A stretch of DNA of 64,000 nt from Macrostomum hystrix (lineage: Eukaryota; Animalia; Platyhelminthes). Positions within the stretch are counted from its first letter, which is position 1. The number at the start of each line of letters is the position of its first letter. Under the pieces are notes generated by a model, which saw nothing but the letters and a program-made list of their open reading frames with translations, did not search any database and was not told the origin of the DNA. Shown here in pieces: positions 52,301 to 61,005 of the stretch. A program made the position numbers and the translations under genes. The stretch lies in NCBI GenBank assembly GCA_950097015.1, contig CATNEN010000038.1, forward strand, positions 22,754,001 to 22,818,000, read 5' to 3'.

Positions 52301-54479
52301 AAAACAAAAGCCAACCAATCAATAAAACAAATCTTAATCAATCGATAAAACAAATCCTAACCAATCAATAAAACAAATCATAATTAATCAATAAAACAAA
52401 TCATAATCAATCAATAAAACAAATCTTAATCAATCGATAAAACAAATCCTAATCAATCAAAAAACAAATCCTAATCAATCAAAAAACAAATCATAATCAA
52501 TCAATAAAACTAATCTTAATCAATCGATAAAACAAATCCTAATCAATCAAAAAACAAATCCTAATCAATCAAAAAACAAATCATAATCAATCAATAAAAC
52601 TAATCTTAATCAATCGATAAAACAAATCCTAATCAATCAAAAAACAAATCCTAATCAATCAAAAAACAAATCATAATCAATCAATAAAACAAATCTTAAT
52701 CAATCGATAAAACAAATCCTAATCAATCAATAAAACAAATCCTAATCAATCAAAAAACAAATCCTAATTAATCAATAAAACAAATCATAATCAATCGATA
52801 AAACAAAACCCAAATAATCAATAAAACAAATCCCAAACAATCGATAAAACAAATCCCAATCAATCGATAAAACTATCAATCGATAATCCCAAGCAATCGA
52901 TAAAACAAATCCCAATCAATCGATAAAACAAATCCCAATCAATTGATAAAACGAATCGCAAAGTAAATTGATGGTCCAAATAAAATCATGCAACACTGGA
53001 TTGTCTGAATCCCCATTTAAACAAATCGCAGGCACACGACGGTCAGCTAAGCTGTCACCAGCTGGTTGGCATGCTCCGCGGAGTCTGCAGCGGCATGCGC
53101 TACCTCAGCGACCTCGGCTACATTCATCGCGACCTGGCCGCCCGCAACATTCTAGTTAGTCAGCAGCTGATCTGCAAAGTCTCCGACTTTGGCTTGTCGC
53201 GTGAAGTCGAAATTGACAGCGGCGTCGGCGGTGGTGGCGCCGGTGTTGGCGACGGCGGCGGCGGCGGCATGTGCGGCACGTACACGACTCGCGGCGGAAA
53301 AATCCCGATCAGGTGGACGGCCCCTGAGGCCATCCATTTTCGCAAATTCACCTCGGCAACCGACGTCTGGAGCTTCGGCATCGTCATGTGGGAGGTGATG
53401 TCATTCGGCGAGAGGCCCTACTGGAATTGGACTAATCAGGATGTGATCGCGGCGGTTGAGAATGGCTATCGATTGCCTCCGCCAATGGACTGCCCGGAGT
53501 CTGTGCACCAGCTAATGCTGGACTGCTGGAAGTGGGACAGAACTGAGAGGCCGAAGTTTGCCGTTTTGGTGCGAGCATTGGATCGGTTGTTACACCAGCC
53601 AGAGTTGCTAACTTGTCAGAGGTCCAGGTGAGCGTGAGGATCATATTGATATTCGTTTAGGACACAGACAAAATAAATTTTTTGTAAAGTGAGGTTGGCG
53701 CAAAGGGGTATAGAGATTAGCGAGTGAGGTTGACGCTAATGTACATGGAAATATGTAGAAATTAGCGGAGTGAGGTTGGCGTAAATGTGCACTGAAAGGG
53801 GTAGAGATTAGTGGAGTGAGGTTGACACTAATATACACTGAAATGGGTAGAAATTAGCGAAGTGAGGTTGGCGCTAATGTGCATTTAAAGAGGTAGAGAT
53901 TAGCGAGTGAGGTTGACGCTAATTTACACTGAAATGGGTAGAAATTAGCGGAGTGGGGTTGGCGTAAATGTGCACTGAAAGGGGTAGAGATTAGCAGAGT
54001 GAGGTTGACACTAATGTACACTGAAATGGGTAGAAATCAGCGGAGTGAGGTTGGCGCTAATGTACGCTAAAATGGGTAGAAATTAGCGGAGTGAGGTTTG
54101 CGTAAATATGCATCTTAAGAGGTAGAGATTAGCGGAGTAAGGTTGGCGCTAATGTGCGCTGAGGGTAAATAATTCTAAGCTGACCCACCGGCGCACCCTC
54201 AGGCCAATCTACGAGCCGCCAACTCAGCAGACGATGCCGACTCGCCGATACGCCAGCCTTCGGCAGTGGCTGTCGAGCCTTCGTCTGGAGCGCTACTCGG
54301 ACGCGTTCTACCAGTCCGGCGTGCACTCCATGGACCAGGTGCCGCGGCTGACCTCGAACGACCTGTCGGCGATGGGAATCGCCTCGGCGGCGCACCAGAA
54401 GCGCCTGCTGGGGGCCATTGAGAAACTGCAGCTTCATGTTTACGAAGCAACGCCCTACTCTGATGGCTATCTGGTCTAG
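1158..54479 (+). CDS. Eph: Ephrin receptor tyrosine kinase, whole-gene span (signal peptide, LBD, Sushi/EGF, 2-3 FN3, TM, kinase, SAM, PDZ-binding tail)
   Basis: 17 exons with GT-AG sites and compatible phases sum to 3597 nt (1198 aa + stop). Motifs: [68 protein letters not shown] domain, C-terminal GYLV. Confidence 0.95.
1340..7252. repeat. 24-bp minisatellite GTAGCTTCAGTTGTTAGTGATTG(T/A), about 5.9 kb
   Basis: Near-perfect tandem units starting about 20 nt after the exon 1A donor; source of the (TEATQSLT)n ORF. Confidence 0.98.
7633..8598. repeat. (CTCCT)n pentanucleotide microsatellite
   Basis: Directly visible; explains the SSPLL and RRGEE ORFs. Confidence 0.98.
9250..9770. repeat. Degenerate GGGAAGAAT-type purine repeat
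   Basis: Degenerate 9-10 bp units; related to 13410..14895. Confidence 0.8.
10415..11830. repeat. 20-21 bp minisatellite TCACTCTCTATCTCA(C/T)CCTC
   Basis: Tandem units with higher-order block duplication. Confidence 0.95.
12665..12760 (+). promoter_or_regulatory. Candidate internal promoter for Eph exon 1B
   Basis: CpG-rich patch with opposed CCAAT boxes (ATTGG near 12686, CCAAT near 12703) about 500 nt upstream of the exon 1B ATG. Motif evidence only. Confidence 0.35.
13199..13277 (+). CDS. Eph: Eph alternative first exon 1B (second signal peptide)
   Basis: ATG 13199 gives [26 protein letters not shown]+G, then GTGAGT donor at 13278; 79 nt, phase 1, in frame with exon 2. Confidence 0.7.
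13410..14895. repeat. 27-29 bp minisatellite GGGAAGAATGTAGAGATT(AGGGA/GGGG)AGAAT
   Basis: Directly visible tandem array. Confidence 0.95.
15760..16115. repeat. 23-bp minisatellite GATAAAGAATGATACAGACATTT
   Basis: Degenerate tandem units. Confidence 0.85.
16761..17550. repeat. 21-bp minisatellite ATCATGACCCATTCTACTA(C/G)A
   Basis: Directly visible; explains MTHSTTI ORFs. Confidence 0.95.
17901..18563. repeat. 20-21 bp minisatellite ACCCTAAACT(T)CCATATA
   Basis: Two sub-arrays (21-mer, then 20-mer). Confidence 0.92.
18680..18756 (+). CDS. Eph: Eph exon 2 (LBD start)
   Basis: ttgcag acceptor; [26 protein letters not shown] matches the Eph LLD...LGW start; GTGAGT donor; phases 1/0. Confidence 0.9.
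19025..19505. repeat. 16-bp minisatellite TAATCTCACCCTCCCT
   Basis: Directly visible. Confidence 0.93.
20615..21030. repeat. CT-rich low-complexity tandem tract
   Basis: TTTTCTTTCTACCCTCTTC-like units. Confidence 0.85.
21169..21456 (+). CDS. Eph: Eph exon 3 (LBD)
   Basis: WVSSNSP...TYSVCQ...[10 protein letters not shown]...CKETLEL...NFYK; ctcag acceptor; weak GTTGCC donor inferred from continuity with K-VSTVAA. Confidence 0.88.
21550..22033. repeat. 17-bp minisatellite TAGAATGGGATTTATAA with a 187-bp block duplication
   Basis: Block starting at 21661 recurs at 21848. Confidence 0.92.
22222..22377 (+). CDS. Eph: Eph exon 4 (LBD end)
   Basis: VSTVAA...[20 protein letters not shown], equivalent to IDTIAA...GFYLAFQDxGAC; phases 0/0. 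Confidence 0.92.
22410..23435. repeat. 23-bp minisatellite GTGAGATTAGATAAGAGACTATT
   Basis: Fills nearly the whole intron. Confidence 0.95.
23505..23757 (+). CDS. Eph: Eph exon 5 (Sushi / Cys-rich region)
   Basis: [18 protein letters not shown]...GACVANS...CQANGIW...CRCSPGF...ACQ; phases 0/1. Confidence 0.93.
23860..24851. repeat. 23-bp minisatellite TTGACCCATTATCAACCTACTC(A/C)
   Basis: Directly visible. Confidence 0.95.
25440..25825. repeat. 24-bp minisatellite TCTACTTCTCGTTCTATTTCACTC
   Basis: Directly visible. Confidence 0.9.
26405..27349. repeat. 22-23 bp minisatellite AGTGGGGTAGAAGAGGAGGGAG
   Basis: Directly visible; C-free top strand. Confidence 0.95.
27923..28083 (-). mobile_element. 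tRNA-derived CORE-like SINE copy
   Basis: Reverse complement has B box GGTTCGAATCC, then TAGCAAGACGCTTAACTCTGCATCGCTTCAGTTCACCCAGC...AAATGGG and CCATGGACTGAACAGC; homologous to 36892..37135. Confidence 0.8.
28256..28414 (+). CDS. Eph: Eph exon 6 (EGF-like domain)
   Basis: [23 protein letters not shown]...CPCLAGYFR...ACT; strong polypyrimidine acceptor, GTAAGT donor, phases 1/1. The ORF track shows a different frame. Confidence 0.95.
28485..29115. repeat. About 31-bp minisatellite GGGATTTAGATATCTTGGGATTC...
   Basis: Degenerate tandem units. Confidence 0.88.
29930..30305. repeat. Degenerate about 31-bp TTATCCCAAATC repeat
   Basis: Periodic TTATCCCA core. Confidence 0.75.
31020..31738. repeat. 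About 14-bp CTGTCACTCTCC minisatellite with higher-order blocks
   Basis: Directly visible. Confidence 0.93.
32340..32891. repeat. 41-bp tandem repeat with internal palindrome TTGTAGG-TC-CCTACAA, about 13-14 copies
   Basis: Unit GTAGGTCCCTACAACCCTCTAAAGTAACTATCAGGTCGTTT. Confidence 0.95.
33610..34266. repeat. 21-bp minisatellite, AATATCGATCCTAAACAGTTT grading into AAATACCGATCCTTAATCGTT
   Basis: Directly visible. Confidence 0.93.
34983..35100 (-). mobile_element. 3-prime fragment of the same SINE family
   Basis: Reverse complement GGCGTCCCCCCAGTCCATGGACTGAACA matches about 37072..37099. Confidence 0.75.
35819..36685. mobile_element. Non-autonomous hAT (Charlie-like) element carrying an internal 16-bp minisatellite
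   Basis: TIRs CAGGAGTCGGCAAAC / GTTTGCCGACCCCTG; 8-bp TSD ATCTACTA / ATCTAGTA (7 of 8 match); GCGGGCC subterminal motifs; array GAGATGAGACACGGGA at 35919..36595. Confidence 0.88.
36892..37135 (+). mobile_element. tRNA-derived CORE-like SINE, near full length
   Basis: A box TAGCCTAGTGG, B box GGCTCGAATC, CORE-like GCAAGAC...TGCTTCAGTTCACCCAGCTGTCAAATGGG; two other copies in the window. Confidence 0.8.
37705..38270. repeat. 21-23 bp minisatellite GGGGAAGAAAGATCA(GA)GAGATT
   Basis: Directly visible. Confidence 0.95.
38750..39360. repeat. 25-bp minisatellite ATCCCAAAATGGCATCCTCTCCCAG
   Basis: Directly visible. Confidence 0.95.
40109..40429 (+). CDS. Eph: Eph exon 7 (FN3 domain 1)
   Basis: KPPSAPR...[21 protein letters not shown]...[19 protein letters not shown]; phases 1/1. 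Confidence 0.96.
40580..41132. repeat. 21-bp minisatellite GATTGAGAGTAGATATAGAG(A/G)
   Basis: Paralogous to 42105..42775. Confidence 0.95.
41283..41497 (+). CDS. Eph: Eph exon 8a (FN3 domain 2, N-terminal part, copy a)
   Basis: [22 protein letters not shown]...YEIKIF...[11 protein letters not shown]; phases 1/0. Confidence 0.93.
41588..41916. repeat. 20-bp minisatellite GAG(T/A)GGTAGACTGAGAAGGA
   Basis: Paralogous to 44368..44858. Confidence 0.93.
42007..42082 (+). CDS. Eph: Eph exon 9a (FN3 domain 2, C-terminal part, copy a)
   Basis: [25 protein letters not shown]; phases 0/1; GTAAGT donor. Confidence 0.92.
42105..42775. repeat. 21-bp minisatellite GAATGAGACTAGATATAGAGA
   Basis: Directly visible. 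Confidence 0.95.
42909..43123 (+). CDS. Eph: Eph exon 8b (duplicated FN3 N-terminal part)
   Basis: 215 nt, 13 differences from 8a, open frame, intact ccgcag and GTGAGT sites. Confidence 0.88.
43148..43760. repeat. 20-bp minisatellite CCCCACTGTCTCCCTCTCTA
   Basis: Directly visible. Confidence 0.93.
44368..44858. repeat. 20-bp minisatellite GAGAGGTAGAGTGAGATTAG
   Basis: Directly visible. Confidence 0.95.
44991..45066 (+). CDS. Eph: Eph exon 9b (duplicated FN3 C-terminal part)
   Basis: 76 nt, one synonymous difference (CGA/CGG) from 9a; intact splice sites. Confidence 0.9.
45700..47166. repeat. 20-21 bp minisatellite GAGTGAGGTAGAGTGGAATA
   Basis: Directly visible. Confidence 0.96.
47276..47477 (+). 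CDS. Eph: Eph exon 10 (Gly-rich linker and transmembrane helix)
   Basis: PEISGVSG...[46 protein letters not shown]; phases 1/2. Confidence 0.93.
48476..49120. repeat. 16-bp minisatellite TCCCGTGTCTCATCTC (inverse of the family at 1..691 and 35919..36595)
   Basis: Directly visible. Confidence 0.93.
49250..49344 (+). CDS. Eph: Eph exon 11 (juxtamembrane)
   Basis: [32 protein letters not shown]; ttcag acceptor, GTAAGT donor; supplies the phase 2 to 1 bridge needed between exons 10 and 12. Confidence 0.8.
49454..49492 (+). CDS. Eph: Eph candidate 39-nt juxtamembrane microexon
   Basis: tttctgcag acceptor, GTGAGT donor, phases 1/1, open ([13 protein letters not shown]). Confidence 0.55.
50070..50340. 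repeat. 16-bp minisatellite CCCTATCCAAGCCA(G/A/T)T
   Basis: Directly visible. Confidence 0.9.
50436..50824 (+). CDS. Eph: Eph exon 12 (juxtamembrane tyrosines and kinase N-lobe)
   Basis: [49 protein letters not shown]; phases 1/0. Confidence 0.97.
51293..51570. repeat. About 21-bp GAGAGACAGGGGGAGAAAGA(A/G)T minisatellite
   Basis: Directly visible. Confidence 0.88.
52120..52950. repeat. About 23-bp AATCGATAAAACAAATCCTAATC minisatellite
   Basis: Directly visible. Confidence 0.92.
53032..53627 (+). CDS. Eph: Eph exon 13 (kinase C-lobe)
   Basis: HDGQL...[18 protein letters not shown]...DFGLSR...WTAPE...[21 protein letters not shown]...RLPPPMDCP; phases 0/2. Confidence 0.97.
53685..54160. repeat. 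About 46-bp degenerate minisatellite GAGTGAGGTTGGCGCTAATGTACACTGAAATGGGTAGAAATTAGCG
   Basis: About 10 copies filling the last intron. Confidence 0.88.
54203..54479 (+). CDS. Eph: Eph last exon (SAM domain and PDZ-binding motif GYLV)
   Basis: [18 protein letters not shown]...[17 protein letters not shown]; stop TAG at 54477..54479. Confidence 0.95.
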
Positions 54480-54984
54480 CGCGCCCAAATTTCAGCTGAG
54501 TCGAATCTGAGGAGGAAAATCGATTTTTTCTTGATTTTGATTAGTTAGTAAGCCGACTGGATGAAAGGCGACTGGTATTGTGCTTTCAGTGTTCTCTATT
54601 TTCACACACACAGACACACACACACACACAGACACCACAGTAGTTGAAATATCTGACTGCACCGCAATGAACTATTATTTTTGTTTCTTAAATTAGCTTG
54701 CGAATCTTGCACGATGCTTATGTAGAGAACATTGAGCACTTCCTGCTTTGTTTTAATTGTAAGCGAAACAGGGCTGCATATTCTAGGATTTCTTAATCTC
54801 GCATAGTAAATCTACTTCCAATTGTCAATGGAATCTGTTCCTACATTTATCCCACAGTTTTACCTCAGACCAAAGAGTTATCCTTACCGTTGCGATCTCA
54901 ATCTGCTGATTTATGCAAAAATTGTGTTCCTGATCATTTTATTTTTCCAAGAATTAAGATCCCTACTCGCAGAATTATCTTATA

Positions 54985-55810
54985 TTTATTATCCTAGTCT
55001 ACAGATTTGCCCAAAATTATGATCCCAATCTACAGGTTTATCCCAAAGTTATGATCCCAGTCTACAAATTTGCCCAAAATTATGATCCCAATCTACAGGT
55101 TTATCCCAAAATTATGATCCCAATCTACAGGTTTATCCCAAAATTATGATCCCAATCTACAGGTTTATCCCAAAGTTATGATCTCATTCTATTGATTTAT
55201 CCCAAAATTATGATCCCAATCTACAGGTTTATCCCAAAATTATGATCCCAGTCTACAGATTTGCCCAAAATTATGATCCCAATCTACAGGTTTATCCCAA
55301 AATTATGATCCCAATCTACAGGTTTATCCCAAAATTATGATCCCAATCTACAGGTTTATCCCTAAGTTATGATCCCATTCTATTGATTTATCCCAAAATT
55401 ATGATCCTAATCTACTGGTTTATCCCAAAATTATGATCCCAATCTACAGGTTTATCCCAAAGTTATGATCACAATCTATTGATCTATCCCAAAATTATGA
55501 TCCTAATCTACAGGTTTATCCCTAAATTATGATCCCAATCTACAGGTTTATCCCTAAATGATGATCACAATCTATTGATCTATCCCAAAATTATGATCCC
55601 AATCTAGAGGTTTATCCCTAAATGATGATCCCAATCTATTGATCTATCTCAAAATTATGATCCCAATCTACAGGTTTATCCCAAAGTTATGATCCCAATC
55701 TATTGATTTATCCCAAAATTATGATCCTAATATACAGATTAATTCCAAAGTTATGATCCTTGACCATATTTATGCCAAAATTATCCTAATCTACAGATTT
55801 ATCCCACAAT
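54985..55810. repeat. 32-bp minisatellite TTATCCCAAAATTATGATCCCAATCTACAGGT
   Basis: Directly visible. Confidence 0.94.
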
Positions 55811-57224
55811 CAAGATCTCATTGCCCTGATATGCCCAACAGTTTTGAATCCGATTCCTATATTTGTCCCATATATTTCATCCCTATTACGTAGATGTATC
55901 CCATAAACCTTTTTCTAATTAAGCTACCAAATTTAGAAATTTAGAAAGTCTTCCAAGTTTCAACAGATGCAAATCTTTAACAAATTGTAAGAAAGTTGTC
56001 AGCCGGTTTTCATGAATAACGAAAAATTCCCACGTCACATTTTGACAGGTCTGTCGTGTTTTCAGACAACAAAAGGATCCGTAGAAAAAAATTAAAATTG
56101 GGAATTTTTCGCACCGAATCTCTCTGTTCGCAGATTCAAATGACAGAAGCAAATCCGGGAGACAGGCAAAAGCAGAAGCCGCAGCAGGAAAATAGGGAAT
56201 TTTTCGCTGCTTGGGATCGGGCTTGAGGTCTGTTATCTGTAACTGTGTTCCAGTTGGACTGGGTGGTCTGGCGATGCGAATGTTTGGTCTGTTGCCAAGC
56301 CGTTGCCAAGCCAGCAGCTGGACACATTAGTTGGACAGTGTGAAGTTTCACCAATAGCCCAGGCCTCATCTGACTGAAGTCGGAAAATTTCTGTCCCTTG
56401 TTTAGTGACTAATCAAATGCAGAGCTCTCCTGGCGGACAGCCGCATGGAAATGATGCGATGCAAATTTTCTTTCATCTCTATAATATTCGAGAATGTTTC
56501 AAAGCTTTAACATCATCTTCTTCTGCTGCTGGCAATTTTTTAGTTGGGCTAAGAAAAGAAGAGAACAGAAATGACAAAAGAACCTGTCACTCTCGCCTGC
56601 TTCGTCAGTTGTTCTCGGTATAATACATTTTTCGGACACAGAAAATTGCGAAGAAAAAAGATAATAACAACCGGAAAAGGCTTTTGTTCAAGAACATTTG
56701 TTAAAAATGCCGAAATTTGAATCTCGTTTTCAAATCTTGTTGTTTCAATGCGAAGCTGGCAAATTGTTTTCGAGTTAATGAAGAATTTTAAATGCGTCAT
56801 ATCGATTGCGAATCAAACTACTCACAGTAGAGTTCCTTGAATATTGCGGGTTTTTTTCTAGCCAAGAATCCACAGGTGCCGATGACCTAAAAATGAAGAC
56901 TTAAGCTTAATGCTCTTTTCTAATTATGAATTAAACTTTTTATACAACTTATTAAACATATTTCTACTAAATTTTCATTCTGCCTTTATTGATGCAAATG
57001 TAAATAAATTGTACTTAATAAATTGCTTGTTGGTTAATGACTGTGGAATTCACGCATATCAATGTGCTGTTTGCAATTTTTTACTGAAGGAATGTCTCTA
57101 TATTATCTAGCTCGTATATAAAAATTTGTGAATGCACTTACAAATATAGAGGCAAAAGTTTTGTCATTGTGAAATTGGATCTATTGTTTGCATTGAACTT
57201 TGTGTATTTTTGTCGGCTTTTATA

Positions 57225-57480
57225 TTCACGCGCCAAACGCGTGCGCCAAGGTCACATTAGTCTAAAAATAGCCAGGCCGGCTGTAAGATGCTAGGAAAAT
57301 GCGTGGGAAATCTCAAGGTCCTTGGCGCTTCCTAAAGTCCTTAAAAATGGAAAAATCATGCTTCAAATGCGTGTGCAAATATGATATAAATCTGAAAATA
57401 GCTAGAGTCACAATGAGGACAAGGAAACTACGGGCAGCGTCCAGTGCGCGATCTAAACCAAGGCCAATGACGTGCCTTTA
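57225..57480 (+). promoter_or_regulatory. Candidate PTC7 promoter
   Basis: CpG-rich motifs CGCGCCAAA, CAAGGTCA and overlapping CCAAT/TGACGT (GGCCAATGACGTG) 150-400 nt upstream of the ATG. Motif evidence only. Confidence 0.3.
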
Positions 57481-57626
57481 GACGTGAAAACCTAAGAAAT
57501 GTAATTATTTAATACGGTTTTATCTCCTGAAATGAGTTCTTTTTAGGGTTAAAAGGACGATTCGCTAATCAGTAGCTTAAAAATTTCTCTTTTTTTCAGC
57601 AAAGATAATTTAGCAAATAGTTAATC

Positions 57627-59696
57627 ATGTCACATCAAATAATTCGTCGATTCGTTAGCTCGGCTTTTCACGTCTGCGGATCAGGACGTCCCGCGCTTTA
57701 CAAGCTGCAGCAAAAGCAGCAGCAGCAGCAGAAGGAAGATAAAACTTCAGCCGAATTGTCTATGGTCCGACTTGGAGTGGGCCAAGTCGACGTGCGTCAA
57801 ATTGGCGAGGACGCCATAATGATCCACGGGGACTGTACTGATGGTACGGTTTGCAGTTGGTGAAAGTTGAAGTTGGTCATGTTGATGCACCAGGGTTGGT
57901 AAAACGACGATGAAATTCTTGACTCCTTGAATGGGAATCTATTTGGTTCCCGGATAGGGATTCTCAGTTCGCTGGATAGAGAATCCCACATCCGTGAATT
58001 CCAGATCCTTTGAAATGGAATCCCAGATCCTTTGAAATGGAATCCCAGATCCATAGATAGGGAATCCCTGATTCACGAACAGGAAATCCCGAAAGCCAGA
58101 TAGGGAATCTCCGAGTTGGGAATCCCTGGTTCCCGGATAGGAATCTCAGATCCCTGGATAGGGAATCCCCGATCCCTGTATAGGGAATCTTGGATCCCTG
58201 TATAGGGAGTCCCGGATCCCTTAATACGGAATCCTGGATCCCTGGATTGGTAATTCCAGATACCTTAATAGGTAATCCCTGATTCCCGGATAGGGAATCC
58301 TAGATCCCTTGATAATAAATCCCAAATTACTGGGTAGGTAGGTAGTAGGGATATGCAAGGTATTGAGAATATATTTCATTCATTATTTCCAGGTGCCGCT
58401 GTGACCCACGCCTCGTTTTTCGGCGTTGCCGACGGTGTGGGCGGTTGGCGCGATCAGGGCGTCGACCCAGGCGATGCGTCTCTCGCCCTGCTTCAGAGCT
58501 GCAGCTCCGCTTTCGGGTCGTCGACAAAGCCGTCGGCGTCGCTGAAGGATCTGCTGTCGGGGGCTTACGCCGATCTGTTGAATTCGCGTGGCGAACTCAT
58601 CGGTTCCACAACCGTCTGCTTAGCTCGCTATACGCCCGAGTCGAAACTACTTGAAGTAGCTAATCTTGGCGATAGCGGATTGTGCGTTTTTAATTCGCAA
58701 TTTCAGCTGCGATTGCGCACACGCTTTCAGTCAAATATGGGTGGCGTTTTCAATTGTCCTAAACAGCTAGCTTTTCCTAAAGCTCTCAGCCTGCAATATC
58801 CCAAGTGAGACGGGTGTGAAGGGGGGACATTAGGCTGTTGTATGGGACAATTCCTAACAAGAGTCGAATTGTCTTGAAACTTAGTAGCGCGTTATTGTCT
58901 CGGATGGAGGTGGGTGTTTGTCGAGACATCCAATGAGCGTTTAACTAGGCTTTAAGGGACGAAACTTTCGGAGTGAGGTTGGGGTTTCTCGAGACAGCCA
59001 ATGTGCGTTAAGCTAGACTTCAAGGGACGAAAATTTCAGCGGGAGGTGGGTGTTTCCTGAGGCAGCCAATGAGTGTTGAGCTAGGCTTTCGGGGTTATAA
59101 ATCATTGTGTGAGGTCGGTGTAAGGAACGGTTCGATGTGCTGTCATTTAAACTGGCATCAGTGCACCCTACTTTATCGAATTTATCTTCATTTTCTTTAC
59201 AGGCCCGAAGAGTGCGATCTTTACTCCATTGTACTTGAACCCGGCGACATTGTTCTGATGGCCACTGACGGCTTGTGGGACAATCTCTATCATCAGACAA
59301 TTGAAGAGATATTTAAGCACGCTTTTCATGTAATGTAAAACTTTTGAGTCAGATTTTATAATTAGTTCGCTAGTTAATTTTTTTCAAAAAACGAACTTTT
59401 AAATATTGTAGGTCAGTAGAGCTCGATTATCTGGTCCAAAAACTGCCAGCGTCCCTGAAAACGGCTCGCATGTCGAATGTCAACAATCGCCAAAGAATCC
59501 GCTGGAGGAAGCGGCCAGAATCCTAGTTGACGCAGCCACCTACCTGTCCGCTGAGCAGGGCTATTTTTCGCCATTCTGTCAGAGCGCCAAGGAGGCCGGC
59601 TTGAAATATGTCGGCGGCAAAGAGGACGACATCTCAGTGATCTTGGCTCGATTCTGCCCAACCTTGGATGACGATGAGCCGATGTCCAAACTATAG
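57627..59696 (+). CDS. PPTC7: PTC7-family PP2C phosphatase, 4 exons: 57627-57843, 58393-58804, 59203-59329, 59412-59696 (346 aa)
   Basis: GEDA, GVADGVGGW, GSTT, ANLGDSG, FNCPKQL, GDIVLMATDGLWDNL, SPF, GGKEDDISV; phases 1/2/0 sum to 1041 nt; AATAAA at 59774. Confidence 0.93.
57925..58320. repeat. Degenerate about 21-bp GATAGGGAATCCC repeat in PTC7 intron 1
   Basis: Periodic GGGAATC core. Confidence 0.8.
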
Positions 59697-59839
59697 TTTA
59701 CTTTGAGCTACCTATTAGTGACACTAATTGAGCAACCCTATTACATACATGGCAGTAAAATTATACATTTAATAATAAAGCAGTTTATATTGAGCATTTG
59801 TTTGGTCAAACAAAACTCGACTTGAATTTGTAGTTTTAA

Positions 59840-60060
59840 CATCATATCTAACAGGTGTGCGTAATCATATCTAACAGTTATGCATCATCATATCTAACAG
59901 TTATGCATCCTCATATCTAACAGTTATGCATCATCATATCTAACAGTTATGCATCATCATATCTAACAGGTGTGCATCATCATATCTAACAGTTATGCAT
60001 CATTTTATCTAACAGGTATGCATCATCATATCTAACAGGTGTGCGTCATCATATCTAACA
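59840..60060. repeat. 23-bp minisatellite CATCATCATATCTAACAG(T/G)T(A/G)TG
   Basis: Between the convergent polyA signals of PTC7 and the knottin-like gene. Confidence 0.88.
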
Positions 60061-60216
60061 CTGACAATTTTTTAGTTTTCAACAATAATCTGAAGATGAA
60101 AGTTATTATTCAAGAATAAAATTTACTTCAATGTTATATTTTCTGAGAAATGAAAATTAGTTTATTAGTTAAAGTATTATTATTTGTTTGAAGTCGTTTA
60201 GACAAAAATTGTAAAA

Positions 60217-60404
60217 TTATTGATCCCGCTTATTTAGCCAAGAGCTCTCCAAAATGCACTGTGAGCTGGTCTTTCCTGGAAACGATGGCATGCACACCAT
60301 TGGTGCGCAGCACTGTTTGTTGTGCTTAGCAACAAAGTTGTAACACGGCTGTCGTTCGAGTAGGCAATTTTTTGGGCCGTGACTGAGACAGCATTGCGAT
60401 TGAG
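60217..60404 (-). CDS. Knottin (ICK)-like secreted peptide gene, exon 2
   Basis: tttcatccgcag acceptor, phase 1; QSQCCLSHGPKNCLLERQPCYNFVAKHNKQCCAPMVCMPSFPGKTSSQCILESSWLNKRDQ-stop; minus-strand AATAAA at 60166..60161. Confidence 0.8.
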
Positions 60405-60431
60405 CTGCGGATGAAATTACAGAACAATGCA

Positions 60432-60690
60432 TAACAGGTGTTTGACAGTTTGTCTTATCTCTAACAGGTGTTTGACAGTTTGTCTTATCTCTAACAGGTG
60501 TTTGACAGTTTGTCTTATCTCTAACAGGTGTTTGACAGTTTGTCTTATCTCTAACAGGTGTTTGACAGTTTGTCTTATCTCTAACAGGTGTTTGACAGTT
60601 TGTCTTATCTCTAACAGGTGTTTGACAGTTTGTCTTATCTCTAACAGGTGGTTGACAGTCTGTCTTATCTCTAACAGGTGTTTGGCACAT
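60432..60690. repeat. 30-bp minisatellite CTAACAGGTGTTTGACAGTTTGTCTTATCT (resumes at 62114..62230 after the transposon)
   Basis: Directly visible; split by the Harbinger insertion. Confidence 0.93.
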
Positions 60691-61005
60691 ATAACAGGGG
60701 GGTGTTTCATATAATTTACAAGTTACAAGCTACAAGCTACAAGTTTAATAGCTACAAGCTACAAGCTACAAGCAAAAGTGTTTCACAACACTGCTTGTAG
60801 ATTTCAGCCAAGAATCGTACAAGTTTGACAAGCTTGTGCGTCTTCGTCGTCTTCATCTTCATTCACTTCATCGTCTATGGTAAAAACCTACCTATTTGGA
60901 GTGGTAGAGAGATAGAGTGGTAGGTGGTAACGACTCGAAGCTAAAAAACAAAACTCATTTCATCCACTCTAGCTTCTTACATTCGTCTATTCGCTTTTGC
61001 TTACG

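Noticed and set aside
50432-54488. Antisense and alternative-frame ORFs over kinase and SAM exons
   Set aside because: Shadows of GC-rich Eph codons; no independent motifs.
60217-60690. 157-aa ORF with CQTPVRDKTN repeats as a single CDS
   Set aside because: The repeat part is an intronic 30-bp satellite; only 60404..60217 is modelled as an exon.
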